Shown here piece by piece: positions 21,827-31,733 of a stretch of 64,000 nucleotides of DNA. The DNA comes from Pseudomonadota bacterium (GTDB lineage Bacteria > Pseudomonadota > Gammaproteobacteria > Burkholderiales > Burkholderiaceae_C). The DNA lies in NCBI GenBank assembly GCA_021845965.1, contig JAJZUZ010000001.1:56261-120260 (forward strand), in the 5' to 3' direction. The notes under the pieces are model-generated. The model saw only the letters and a program-made list of their open reading frames with translations. It had not been told where the DNA came from and made no database searches. Every line of letters begins with the position of its first letter. The stretch's first letter is position 1. Made by a program: the position numbers and the translations under genes.

Positions 21827-23562
21827 GGGCTTGCAGACTGGCTGGCCGCGGGCGGCAGGCCTTCGGCGGCCTGCGCGCGGCGCAGGGTAATGAGAAATTC
21901 GTTGCCGTCCATCATGGTATCGCGGGCCACGCGACGCGTACGCTGGTAGGCGATCGTCGCACCATGCCCTGCACACAGCTCCCGACAAATATACAGCCCC
22001 AGCCCGCTGGAGCGGCTCTCGGAGGAGAAGAAGGGCTCGAACAGATGCTGCTCGACCGAGCGCTCCATGCGCGGGCCGTCGCTCCAGACCGCGAGCAGGG
22101 GCTCAGCGCCGGCATTGAGCTGCGTCACGACCTGGATGGACTCGGCCTGCCGGCTGGCGTGCCGGCGGGCATTGTCCAGCAGGTTGACCAGAACGCGGCG
22201 CAGGTGCTCCGGGTCGAAGCTCACCAGCAGGGGGAAAGGCGCCAAATTCATGCCCAGCATGTCGGCACTGGCGTTCTGGCCAGCCCAGTCACGACAGATG
22301 CGGCGGACCGCCTGGTTCAGGTCCAGGGTCTGCGGCTCGAAGGAGATCGCCTGGTCGCCCACGCGCGAGATGTTGAGGACGTCGTCCACGATTTTGCCCA
22401 GACGCCTGGCGTTCTGCCGGATCATCTGGGTCAGCCGCAACTGGCGCGGGTCCGCCAGTTCCTCGTCCAGCAAGGCGTTGGCCTGCGCAATGGCGGCCAG
22501 GGGATTGCGGATCTCGTGCGCCACGGCAGCCGACATACGGCCCATGCTGGCCAGTTTCTCGGTGCGCATGCGGGCCTCCATCTCGCGCTGGTCCTGCAGG
22601 AACATCACGCACAGACTGTCGGTGTCACCCCAGTGCGCGGTGGTGAGGCGGGTGCGAACGCGCAAGGGGCGGTCCCCTTCGTCGAGGTGCTGGATGTTGA
22701 TATCCGCATTCTGGAAATCGCCATGGCCGGTGAAGACCAGGAGCACCAGCGCCGCCAGCGACTGCCAGCCGGGCTCGTCAGCCAGGTTGAAGGGCGCCAC
22801 CTTCAGGGAGCGGCCGTCCGCCTGCAGCATGCGCCGTGCCGCCGGATTGGCCGCATGGACGGTGCCACGCGCATCCACGACCAGCACGCCATCGGACATG
22901 GATTCAATCACCAGGTCGTTGACCTGCTGCTGCAGACGCATCGCATTCTGGCTGCGCCGGGAACGTTGCTGTTCACTGGCCAGACGGGCGGACAGCCGGT
23001 GCGCCAACAAGGCGATCACGAAGCTGCCCGAGCCGGTGAGGGCCGCCTGGACGATGTACGGCGCGCCTTCAGCCAGACCGTGCAGCGCGAGCCAGCCGCT
23101 GTGGGCCAGCAGCAGCAGCGTGATGCCGGCTGCGGTGCCCAGCGCAAGGGTCAGGGTGCCCAGCACCGCCGCCTGCAGCACGGGAAGCGTGTACAGCGGC
23201 GTGTAATTGATGACACTGCCGTGCAGCATGTACAGGGCGGAAAAGATGAGAACGTCGATGCCGATGCTGCCGAACCAGCGTTGGTCGAAATTGGGGCCGA
23301 GACGCTCCGGCCGCGGCGCGACCCGCACCATCAGCGTGGCGGCGAAATATCCCGCGCACAGCAGCACCAGCCCCACATGAACCGTCTGTCCCAGCAGATA
23401 AAGCGAGCCTTGCAGCAGGAACAGCACCAGGCCCAGCATGACCCGCGCCGTCATGAAGCCCAGCCACAGACGTCGGAATTCCTGCTGGTCCTCGGGTGTC
23501 CCGCGCGCCTCGTCCAGGAGCGCCGGGCCAAACCAGGAGTGCATGCTGTCGCGTGCCGGCAT
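21823..23562 (-). CDS. pilS: PilS-like sensor histidine kinase
   Basis: Multiple TM helices, PAS-like region, AHEIRNPL, GLGL; coupled to pilR. Confidence 0.82.
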   Translation of the reverse strand: MPARDSMHSWFGPALLDEARGTPEDQQEFRRLWLGFMTARVMLGLVLFLLQGSLYLLGQTVHVGLVLLCAGYFAATLMVRVAPRPERLGPNFDQRWFGSIGIDVLIFSALYMLHGSVINYTPLYTLPVLQAAVLGTLTLALGTAAGITLLLLAHSGWLALHGLAEGAPYIVQAALTGSGSFVIALLAHRLSARLASEQQRSRRSQNAMRLQQQVNDLVIESMSDGVLVVDARGTVHAANPAARRMLQADGRSLKVAPFNLADEPGWQSLAALVLLVFTGHGDFQNADINIQHLDEGDRPLRVRTRLTTAHWGDTDSLCVMFLQDQREMEARMRTEKLASMGRMSAAVAHEIRNPLAAIAQANALLDEELADPRQLRLTQMIRQNARRLGKIVDDVLNISRVGDQAISFEPQTLDLNQAVRRICRDWAGQNASADMLGMNLAPFPLLVSFDPEHLRRVLVNLLDNARRHASRQAESIQVVTQLNAGAEPLLAVWSDGPRMERSVEQHLFEPFFSSESRSSGLGLYICRELCAGHGATIAYQRTRRVARDTMMDGNEFLITLRRAQAAEGLPPAASQSASP

Positions 23563-23574
23563 ATTGAACGGGCC

Positions 23575-23805
23575 CTAGGCCTCGGCGGCGTCCCGGTGTC
23601 CCGCGCTGCAGTAGAGGTCCAGCCGTCCCACGACCGCCTCGTTGCGCGGCAGATGAACCCCGCAACGTGCGCAGCGGACCATTTCCTGCGGCCCCGGCGG
23701 GGTGGTTGGTGGCTCCGGCCTGTCCTGCTTCATGCTCTCGCGTCGGCCGGAGCGAAACAGCCACACGGCCAGCATCGCGATGGCCAGAAACAGCATGAAC
23801 TTCAT
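23575..23805 (-). CDS. PP0621-family small zinc-binding membrane protein
   Basis: N-terminal TM, MVRCARCGVHLP...YCSAGH. Confidence 0.85.
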   Translation of the reverse strand: MKFMLFLAIAMLAVWLFRSGRRESMKQDRPEPPTTPPGPQEMVRCARCGVHLPRNEAVVGRLDLYCSAGHRDAAEA

Positions 23806-24596
23806 GACATCGGGCGCTGCAGAATGATCTCGAGCACGAAGCGCGAGCCGACATAGGCCAGCAGCAGCAGGCCCGCACCCGTGAAGAGCAGGCGCGCGGC
23901 GCGCCAGCCGCGCCAGCCAAAACGGGCACGGCCCAGCAGCAACACAGCAAACACCAGCCAGGACAGGACGGAAAACACCGTCTTGTGATTCCACTTCCAG
24001 GCGCTGCCGTACAGCTGCTCGTCAAACAGGAAGCCGGCCAGCAGCGTGGCCGACAGCAACACGAAGCCGGCCCCGACAAAGCGGAAGGTCAGGCGCTCCA
24101 GCGTCAGCAGAGGCAGGCCGCTGTGCGGGTCGGCCGCCTGGCGGATGCGTTCTTCGGAACGCAGCATCAGAACCGCGTGCACCACCGCCACCGCGAACAA
24201 TCCGTAGGAGGCGATGCCCAGCGCCCAGTGCAGCGGCAGCCAGGCCGAGGCACGGGCATGCAAGGGCTGGCCCGGGTAGAGCAGGGCCAGCACCACGGCG
24301 CCTGCGCCCAGGATGGACAGCGCCCAGCGGGTCTGCAACTGGGGGTAGAGCTGACTTTCGATGGCATACACGGCCGCCACCAGCCAGACCGTGACGGAGA
24401 GTGCCGGCGCAAAGCCGAAACGCGGTGCCTCGCCCAGCAGGCTCCAGCCCAGCAGCGCACCGTGCAGCAGCCAGGCCAGCACCACGGCGCGACGGGCGGC
24501 GACCGGCGACAGACGGGCCGCCGCCGGTGCGGCGTAAGCGAGGGCGGTGAGTGACGTCAGAACCAGGCTGGCGGCGGAGGCACTGGGTAAAATCAT
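23802..24596 (-). CDS. YpjD/CcsA-like cytochrome c assembly family membrane protein
   Basis: LPLLTLERL, HKTVFS, YVGSRFVLE; divergent from ffh. Confidence 0.85.
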   Translation of the reverse strand: MILPSASAASLVLTSLTALAYAAPAAARLSPVAARRAVVLAWLLHGALLGWSLLGEAPRFGFAPALSVTVWLVAAVYAIESQLYPQLQTRWALSILGAGAVVLALLYPGQPLHARASAWLPLHWALGIASYGLFAVAVVHAVLMLRSEERIRQAADPHSGLPLLTLERLTFRFVGAGFVLLSATLLAGFLFDEQLYGSAWKWNHKTVFSVLSWLVFAVLLLGRARFGWRGWRAARLLFTGAGLLLLAYVGSRFVLEIILQRPMS

Positions 24597-24686
24597 GGGT
24601 ACAGTTTAGCGTTTTGCCTTCTCGACTTTCTTCCGGCGGGCACGCCTCTGGAGCTGGGTCTTACATCTGCTTACCGGAAACCATCC

Positions 24687-26051
24687 ATGGCCTCCGCCCT
24701 CACCGACAAACTCAGCCGCCTGGTCAAGGAAATCCGTGGCCAGGCCCGCATCACCGAATCCAACGTGGCCGACATGCTGCGCGAAGTGCGCATGGCCCTG
24801 CTGGAAGCCGACGTGGCCCTGCCCGTGGTGCGCGACTTCATCGCCCGTGTCAAGGACAAGGCCCTGGGCCAGGAGGTCATGGGCTCGCTCACGCCCGGCC
24901 AGGCCCTGGTGGGCATCGTCAACCGCGAACTGGCCGCCACCATGGGCGAGGGCGTGGCCGACCTCAACCTCGCCGCCCAGCCGCCGGCCGTGATCCTGAT
25001 GGCCGGCCTGCAGGGCGCCGGCAAGACGACGACGACGGCCAAGCTGGCGCGTCACCTGGTCGAGAAGCGCAAGAAGAAGGTGCTGACCGTCTCGGGCGAC
25101 GTCTACCGCCCGGCCGCCATCGAGCAGCTCAAGACCGTCACGGCACAGGCTGGTGCCGAGTGGTTTCCCAGCACCCCGGAGCAGAAGCCGGCCGACATTG
25201 CGCGTGCCGCGCTCGACTACGCGAAGAAGCATTTCGTCGACGTGCTGCTGGTCGACACGGCGGGACGGCTGGCCATCGACGAGGCGCTGATGAAGGAGAT
25301 CCGCGAACTGCACGCGGTCCTCAATCCCGTCGAGACGCTGTTCGTGGTCGATGCCATGCAAGGCCAGGACGCGATCAATACCGCCAAGGCCTTCAAGGAG
25401 GCGCTGCCGCTGACCGGCATCATCCTGACCAAGACCGACGGCGACTCGCGTGGTGGTGCCGCGCTCTCCGTGCGCGCCGTCACCGGCGTGCCGATCAAGT
25501 TCGCCGGCACCAGCGAGAAGATCGACGGCCTGGAGGTCTTCGATGCCCAGCGCCATGCCGGCCGTGTACTGGGCATGGGCGACATCGTGGCCCTGGTCGA
25601 GCAGGTCACCGCCAATGTCGACATGGCCGCGGCGCAGAAGCTGGCCGCCAAGGTCAAGAGCGGCGAAGGCTTCGACCTCAACGACTTCCTGGCGCAGCTG
25701 CAGCAGATGCGGCAGATGGGCGGCCTGTCCAGCCTGATGGACAAGCTGCCCACCCAGCTGGCGGCCAAGGCTGGGCAGGTCGACACCGACCGCGTCGAGA
25801 AGGATCTGCGCCGCAAGGAAGGCATCATCAACAGCATGACCAGGCTGGAGCGCCGCAAGCCTGAGCTCATCAAGGCCACCCGCAAGCGCCGCATCGCGGC
25901 TGGCGCCGGCGTGCAGGTTCAGGACGTGAACCGCCTGCTCAAGGAATTCGAGCAGATGCAGGAGATGATGAAGAAGATGAAGGGCGGCGGCATGATGAAG
26001 CTCATGAAACGCATGGGGGGCATGAAAGGCCTGCCCAAGATGCCGTTTTAG
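24687..26051 (+). CDS. ffh: Signal recognition particle protein
   Basis: GLQGAGKTTT, DTAGR, DGDSRGGAALS, Met-rich M domain. Confidence 0.97.
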   Translation: MASALTDKLSRLVKEIRGQARITESNVADMLREVRMALLEADVALPVVRDFIARVKDKALGQEVMGSLTPGQALVGIVNRELAATMGEGVADLNLAAQPPAVILMAGLQGAGKTTTTAKLARHLVEKRKKKVLTVSGDVYRPAAIEQLKTVTAQAGAEWFPSTPEQKPADIARAALDYAKKHFVDVLLVDTAGRLAIDEALMKEIRELHAVLNPVETLFVVDAMQGQDAINTAKAFKEALPLTGIILTKTDGDSRGGAALSVRAVTGVPIKFAGTSEKIDGLEVFDAQRHAGRVLGMGDIVALVEQVTANVDMAAAQKLAAKVKSGEGFDLNDFLAQLQQMRQMGGLSSLMDKLPTQLAAKAGQVDTDRVEKDLRRKEGIINSMTRLERRKPELIKATRKRRIAAGAGVQVQDVNRLLKEFEQMQEMMKKMKGGGMMKLMKRMGGMKGLPKMPF

Positions 26052-26200
26052 CTCGGGCGCCGCGGCCCCGTTGCGGGCGGCAGCCTCCGGGCTTGTCCTA
26101 GTTGTTCACGCCTGCTCGCCGTTGGACAATGCCGGGATTGTCGTCCGGGCCTCATGCTTGGGCGGAGTCGTTGGCTAATTCCCCAAAGGACGGACTTCAG

Positions 26201-26728
26201 ATGACTGATGCGTCGCCGGATCTGACCAGGCTTGTCTATTCAAAGACCGAGCTGGGGCAAAAGGAAATCCAGTCCCGGGCCCTGGGACTCACGCCCAAGA
26301 TACGCAGTACCTTGATTCTCGTCGACGGCAAGCGCACCGGTGCAGACCTTCTTGCCCTGACCGGAGCGGACAATGTCGCGTCGCTTGCGCAATTGCTGGA
26401 GGTGGGGTGCATCGAGGGCGTTGAGCCCCGGAGCGCCCAGCCGGCACCCGCCGCCCAGGGCTCCGCCGGCGCGGGGGTGGCGGCATTGCCGCCGGCGGAT
26501 TCACGCGATTCCAAGCAGGTGGAGATGGCGCGCAACTTCATGCTGAACACGGTAAACAACATCTTCGGTCAGAACATGCGCCTGACACTGATTGAGTCCA
26601 TCCACGCCTGCAAGACCGCAGAGGAACTGAGGCGCGTCTACCCGTCTTGGGAAGAAGCCATGGCCAGTGATCGAGCAGGCGCCAAGCGCCTTGCGGAGAT
26701 GCGCGAGAAGTTGTTCGCGGTACTCTGA
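26201..26728 (+). CDS. Hypothetical protein
   Basis: SD-like AAGGA before ATG; KTELGQKEI...LILVDGKR N-terminal domain. Confidence 0.7.
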   Translation: MTDASPDLTRLVYSKTELGQKEIQSRALGLTPKIRSTLILVDGKRTGADLLALTGADNVASLAQLLEVGCIEGVEPRSAQPAPAAQGSAGAGVAALPPADSRDSKQVEMARNFMLNTVNNIFGQNMRLTLIESIHACKTAEELRRVYPSWEEAMASDRAGAKRLAEMREKLFAVL

Positions 26729-26850
26729 CGCCAAGAAGGCGAACGTTCCCTGCGCTGTGCGTCACTATGTGGCGCCGCGGCGTTCAGTTGATGGTTGATA
26801 GGCGCGTGCCAGGCAGGCTTACCTCCGCGAGAGGAACGCCTGCGGTGACA

Positions 26851-28176
26851 TCATTTCAGTACCACCTCGCCACGCAGCGAGTGCGGGTAGGCCATCGCAA
26901 TCTTCACTTCCACCATCTGCCCGATCAGCCGTGCCGGCGCCTGCAGGTTCACCGCACGGTTGCATTCCGTGCGGCCCATCAGCTCGCCTGAATCACGTTT
27001 GGACAGACCTTCGACCAGGATGCGCTGCACGGTGCCCACGCGGCTTTCGCTGATGCGCCGCATATTGGCATCGATCATGGCCTGCACTTGCTGCAGGCGC
27101 CTGAGTTTGACCTCGTGTGGCGTGTCGTCGTGCAGGTTGGCCGCTGGTGTGCCCGGGCGCGGGCTGAAGATGAAGCTGAAGGAATTGTCGAAGCCCACGT
27201 CCTCGATCAGCCTGACCAGCTTGCCGAAATCCTCGTCGGTCTCGCCGGGGAAGCCGACGATGAAGTCGCTGGAGAGTGCCATGTCAGGGCGGATGGCGCG
27301 CAGCTTGCGCACCGTGCTCTTGTATTCCATGGCCGTGTAGCCGCGCTTCATCGCCATGAGGATGCGGTCGCTGCCGTGCTGCACGGGTAGATGCAGGTGG
27401 CTGACCAGTTTGGGCACCTTGTCATAGGCAGCGATCAGCGAGGGCGTGAACTCGTTGGGGTGGCTGGTGGTGTAGCGGATGCGCTCGATGCCCGGGATGT
27501 CGGCCACGTACTCGATCAGGGTGGCGAAGTCGGCCATCTCCGCCGTGCCGCCCATCGGTGCGCGCCAGGCATTCACGTTCTGCCCCAGCAGCGTCACTTC
27601 CTTCACGCCCTGGTCGGCCAGACCGGCCACCTCCACCAGCACATCTTCGAAGGGGCGGCTCACTTCCTCGCCGCGTGTGTAGGGCACCACGCAGTAGCTG
27701 CAATACTTGGAGCAGCCTTCCATGATGCTGACGAAGGCGGTCGCACCCTCTACCTTGGCCGGCGGCAGGTGGTCGAACTTTTCGATCTCCGGAAAGCTGA
27801 TGTCCACCTGCGGGCGCCTCTGCGTGTCACGTGCGGCCAGCAGCTCGGGCAGGCGGTGCAGGGTCTGCGGACCGAATACCACGTCCACGTAGGGCGCGCG
27901 CGCGATGATGGCGGCGCCTTCCTGGCTGGCCACGCAGCCGCCGACGCCGATCTTCACGCCTTTTTTCTTCAGGTGCTGCACCCGGCCGAGGTCGGAGAAC
28001 ACTTTCTCCTGCGCCTTCTCGCGCACGGAGCAAGTGTTGAAGAGGATCAGGTCGGCCTCGTCAACGTTGTCGGTCTTCTCGTAGCCTTGGGCGGCGTTGA
28101 GCACGTCGCTCATTTTGTCCGAGTCGTACTCGTTCATCTGGCAGCCGAAGGTCTTGATGAATACTTTCTTGCTCAT
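26851..28176 (-). CDS. miaB: tRNA methylthiotransferase MiaB
   Basis: [28 protein letters not shown] radical-SAM motif, C-terminal TRAM domain. Confidence 0.97.
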   Translation of the reverse strand: MSKKVFIKTFGCQMNEYDSDKMSDVLNAAQGYEKTDNVDEADLILFNTCSVREKAQEKVFSDLGRVQHLKKKGVKIGVGGCVASQEGAAIIARAPYVDVVFGPQTLHRLPELLAARDTQRRPQVDISFPEIEKFDHLPPAKVEGATAFVSIMEGCSKYCSYCVVPYTRGEEVSRPFEDVLVEVAGLADQGVKEVTLLGQNVNAWRAPMGGTAEMADFATLIEYVADIPGIERIRYTTSHPNEFTPSLIAAYDKVPKLVSHLHLPVQHGSDRILMAMKRGYTAMEYKSTVRKLRAIRPDMALSSDFIVGFPGETDEDFGKLVRLIEDVGFDNSFSFIFSPRPGTPAANLHDDTPHEVKLRRLQQVQAMIDANMRRISESRVGTVQRILVEGLSKRDSGELMGRTECNRAVNLQAPARLIGQMVEVKIAMAYPHSLRGEVVLK

Positions 28177-28271
28177 GGCATCTGTCCTGGAAGCCATTCC
28201 ATACGAATGGCAATAAGGGCCGCGCGTGGCAGCAGTTGATGGGGAACGGAAGTCCCCGATCCGACGCGGGA

Positions 28272-28655
28272 TCAGTAAGAGGAAGAGTCGAGTCGCGGCG
28301 CCGGCGGCATGCCGACCGCCGCTTCGGTCGCGGTCAGCACCCAGACCTCGTGCACCAGCCCAAGCGGGTCCAGGGTGTAGCGCACGGGCAGCGTCTGTCC
28401 CTGCAGGGAGCCCGAGACCACCAGCAGGTTCTTGCGATCACGGATGCGGGCTCCGGGTGCCAGACGGGCCGGCTGGCCGTTGAGCAGCACCTCGGGCGGA
28501 TTGGTGACGAGCAGTACGCCGCGCAAGGCATTGGTGGCCATGGGCGGGATGCGTTGCGGATCGGCCGTTTGTGCCTGGACGGCAGTGCCGAACAGGGTCG
28601 CAAGGGCGAGCATCGCGGTCCAGGTAAGTTGGCGAGCGGATGAACAGCGGTTCAT
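28272..28655 (-). CDS. Exported hypothetical protein
   Basis: Signal peptide; [10 protein letters not shown]...VWVLT core. Confidence 0.7.
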   Translation of the reverse strand: MNRCSSARQLTWTAMLALATLFGTAVQAQTADPQRIPPMATNALRGVLLVTNPPEVLLNGQPARLAPGARIRDRKNLLVVSGSLQGQTLPVRYTLDPLGLVHEVWVLTATEAAVGMPPAPRLDSSSY

Positions 28656-28691
28656 GGTGTATATCCAGAGGCTGTAACGTAAAGTGATGAA

Positions 28692-29243
28692 CTATACCGT
28701 GCCGGCTGATTCCTTGGGCTTGACGATGACCCAGATGCCATGGCCCATGGTTTGGTGCGTCTGCAACTGCAAAATTTCGAAGTGCTGTGCCAGCCTGGGC
28801 AACCACCAAGAACTGGGCTTCTGGATCAGGTGAGCATTGCGACCATCGGCAAGGATCTTGGCCGCTGGTCCCATGTGGATCGAGAAAAATCCCAAACCTT
28901 TGGTGAGGCGCCCGAGTTCGGCAAGCACGTTGTCGATCAGTTCCGGTTCGATGTGCTCCAAGACGTCTATGCAGCACACCAGATCGGCGGGCTGCGGTGC
29001 ACCGTACTCTGGAAAAGCGGGATCGTAAGGGAGGTACTGGATAGCACCGACACCTGCTTCGGTCAGGCCCTTCAGGAGGTTCTTCTTGCCTGCGCCGTAG
29101 TCGGAAACCGACTTCACGCCGGTCTGGCGGATCAGGTCGGCCACCATGGGCGCAAAAGCCAGCGAGGCGACGCCGTAATTGGGGTTCTGGTGCAGCTCTT
29201 GCTGCATCTTGCGATATTCGTCCGTGATCGTTTGCGTTTCCAT
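28692..29243 (-). CDS. Class I SAM-dependent methyltransferase
   Basis: SVSDYGAGK, YDPA, DLVCCIDVLEHIEP. Confidence 0.85.
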   Translation of the reverse strand: METQTITDEYRKMQQELHQNPNYGVASLAFAPMVADLIRQTGVKSVSDYGAGKKNLLKGLTEAGVGAIQYLPYDPAFPEYGAPQPADLVCCIDVLEHIEPELIDNVLAELGRLTKGLGFFSIHMGPAAKILADGRNAHLIQKPSSWWLPRLAQHFEILQLQTHQTMGHGIWVIVKPKESAGTV

Positions 29244-29259
29244 GGTCCGTTTCTCCAGT

Positions 29260-29943
29260 TCAAACGCCCATACCGTCGATCACGCGTTCGTAGGTTGCGT
29301 TCCAGCGATCTGCCATGGCCGTCTTGGCATAGTCCTTGAAGCAAGGTGTGCCCAGGGTGTAATGGATCAGCTTGGCGGAGGGGTTTTCCTCGTACTCGAT
29401 GGCGAGCCAGTTCCATTCCAGGGGCAGTGCACCGATTTGCTCGTCGGCAAGCCAGCTGAACCGATGTAGGAAAGCGCCGGTCTGCCCTTGGATGAAATCG
29501 GGCGTCAGTACGCGGTGCGCGGGGTGGGCGCAGTTCCAGAGAATGACGCTGGACCAGTTCTTGCGCGGGTAGTTTTCGTTCTTGTTGCCCAGGTATTTCC
29601 GGTGCGCCTTGGTCTGGTAATCGTGTTGTACGACCTGCACGGCCTTGGACTCGTCGCGCAGATCCCAGAGTTCTTTGATGTCGGCCTGGCAGATCATGTC
29701 ACCGTCGGCGAAGATTGCCCAACCCTGAAAATTGCTCAGATAGGGCGTCAGAAAGCGCGAGTAGATGAAGCGGTTGCTTCCATCGGTATGAGTTTCTCTG
29801 TAGCCGACCAGTGTGTTTTCGGCGAGTGGAAGGAATTGCACCGGCAGCGAAGATTTTTCCAGCACGCTTTGGCAGAAGGTGTGATAGGCGACAGCTTCGC
29901 GCTGGTCGAAGCCGACCACGAGTGTGACCTTGCTCAGTTCCAT
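29260..29943 (-). CDS. GT-A fold glycosyltransferase (GT8-like, plant CDI-like)
   Basis: GFDQRE, SRFLTPY, GWAIFADGDM (DxD), YPRKNWSS, LHRFSWL, HYTLGTP. Confidence 0.85.
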   Translation of the reverse strand: MELSKVTLVVGFDQREAVAYHTFCQSVLEKSSLPVQFLPLAENTLVGYRETHTDGSNRFIYSRFLTPYLSNFQGWAIFADGDMICQADIKELWDLRDESKAVQVVQHDYQTKAHRKYLGNKNENYPRKNWSSVILWNCAHPAHRVLTPDFIQGQTGAFLHRFSWLADEQIGALPLEWNWLAIEYEENPSAKLIHYTLGTPCFKDYAKTAMADRWNATYERVIDGMGV

Positions 29944-31721
29944 GATTTGTTTTCGAGGTATTGCCGCACCTGTTCCAGCGGTTGTGCCCACTGGCCCGGT
30001 TCAGACTGTGTGAACGAATGGATGGACGGGTACCAGAGATTTCGGCTGTCGAACTCGCTCCAGTACCAGATCTTTCTCTTGCCCGATGGGAGCAATAGCA
30101 GCACCTCTTTGCCCAAGGCGCCTGCCAGGTGCGCGGTCGTATTGCTTGTGGAGACCACAATGTCACATGCAGCAATCAAGGCGGCGAGTCCATCAATGTC
30201 GTGGAATGCGTCGACTTCGCTCACATCCTGTACTGTGATGCCATGCATATTCTGCAGAGCCTGGCGCTCGGCAACGGTGTCGCCATATTGCAGATTCACG
30301 AAATGAAAGCGATCCGACGCGAGTGGCAACAGCAGCTGCTCAAGGCTGATGCTCTTGTGTTTACCAAGGAACTTGCGGGTGCTGGACCACGAGACCCCAC
30401 AAACCACTTTGCCCGCGGGAGCGATCTTCGTCCGCAGTTCGGCCACTCGCGCACGTTCGGCGAACAAGTAAGGATGGCGCGCAGTGGAAAAGCTTTCAAT
30501 GCTTTGCCGAAATAGTCGAGGCAACGACCCTAAAGGAAGGTGGGCGGCGAAATCCAATGCATCACTGACTTGGGCGAGATCAATGAATTCGAAGCCCTGT
30601 ATCGAGCGCGAGAAAAGGGGGATGAGCCGACTGTCCAAGGCGATCAGTTTCTTTTGTGGCAGCGATAGAAGTTCAGGCAGGATGCTCCCGTAAAGAATCT
30701 GATCTCCGATGCCCTGCTCGCCCCACAGCAGTATGGGGCGGTCGGATGAGGCGCCGCACCAGCGTGGCCGCTGCGTCTGTATTTGCAGCGCAGGCTCCTC
30801 ATCGGATTGCCAACGCTGTTCCAGCAATTCCCAGCCTGCCGAGAAATCACCGGTCTGCACAAGAAGTCGACCGAGATTCGCTGCTGCAGACGGATAGTCC
30901 GGTTGAATGGTCAGGGCGTGTCGGTAACTCGCAATCGCCTCATCAACCTGGCCTAGGGATAGTTGCGATGTTGCTTTGTAATTCCACGCGCGTGCGGGGA
31001 GAGGGCTTAACTCAATAGCCCGGTCAAAGCAGGTCAGAGCTTCCTCATGGCGGTTCAAATCCGCGAGCTTCACGGCCTTGTTGAGCGACGCTTCGGCATA
31101 AGCCGGATTGATCTGCAGGGCGCGTTCATAGCAGACGAGTGATTCTGCTCCGCGTTCCAGCTCATCGAGCACAATTCCCTTGTTGTTATGGGCTTCCGCG
31201 AGATCAGGTTGCAGTATCAGCGCGCGGTCTAACGCATCGAGGCCTTCCATATGATTTCCCAGGCGGCAGCGCGCCATGCCCAGATTGCACCACGCTGCGG
31301 CGTACCCAGGGCTGACCTGGATCGCCTTTTCGAGGGCGAGGGCAGCGTCCTGGTACTCTTTCAGATTCATGAGGCTCAGGCCATAGTTGAGCCAGGCCTC
31401 GGCATGATCGGGTCTGAGTTGGGTGGCGCGTCGGTGATGTACCAGTGCCTCGGCGTCACGACCTGTATCGGACAGTGCTTTGGCCATATTGAACTGCAAG
31501 AAGCTGTGGTTCTTGTTGATGGCCAGGGCTTTGCGAAACAGCTCCATAGCCTGATCCCGGTGACCCTGCATGGCCTTGATGACGCCCAGAATGTGCAGTG
31601 CGTCGAAGTTGCGCGGTTGTGCGCTCAAAACCTGATTCAGCAGGGCGTCTGCCTCGGCTAAGCGGCCTGCTTGAAAATGCTGGACCGCTTGATGGATACG
31701 AGCGGGTATTTGTCCGTACAT
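29934..31721 (-). CDS. TPR-repeat protein with C-terminal glycosyltransferase-like domain
   Basis: Many TPRs; WGEQGIGDQI, PLGSLP, CDIVVSTSNTTAHLAGALGK, W-Y-P motif. Confidence 0.85.
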   Translation of the reverse strand: MYGQIPARIHQAVQHFQAGRLAEADALLNQVLSAQPRNFDALHILGVIKAMQGHRDQAMELFRKALAINKNHSFLQFNMAKALSDTGRDAEALVHHRRATQLRPDHAEAWLNYGLSLMNLKEYQDAALALEKAIQVSPGYAAAWCNLGMARCRLGNHMEGLDALDRALILQPDLAEAHNNKGIVLDELERGAESLVCYERALQINPAYAEASLNKAVKLADLNRHEEALTCFDRAIELSPLPARAWNYKATSQLSLGQVDEAIASYRHALTIQPDYPSAAANLGRLLVQTGDFSAGWELLEQRWQSDEEPALQIQTQRPRWCGASSDRPILLWGEQGIGDQILYGSILPELLSLPQKKLIALDSRLIPLFSRSIQGFEFIDLAQVSDALDFAAHLPLGSLPRLFRQSIESFSTARHPYLFAERARVAELRTKIAPAGKVVCGVSWSSTRKFLGKHKSISLEQLLLPLASDRFHFVNLQYGDTVAERQALQNMHGITVQDVSEVDAFHDIDGLAALIAACDIVVSTSNTTAHLAGALGKEVLLLLPSGKRKIWYWSEFDSRNLWYPSIHSFTQSEPGQWAQPLEQVRQYLENKSWN

Positions 31722-31733
31722 GAAGTAACTATC

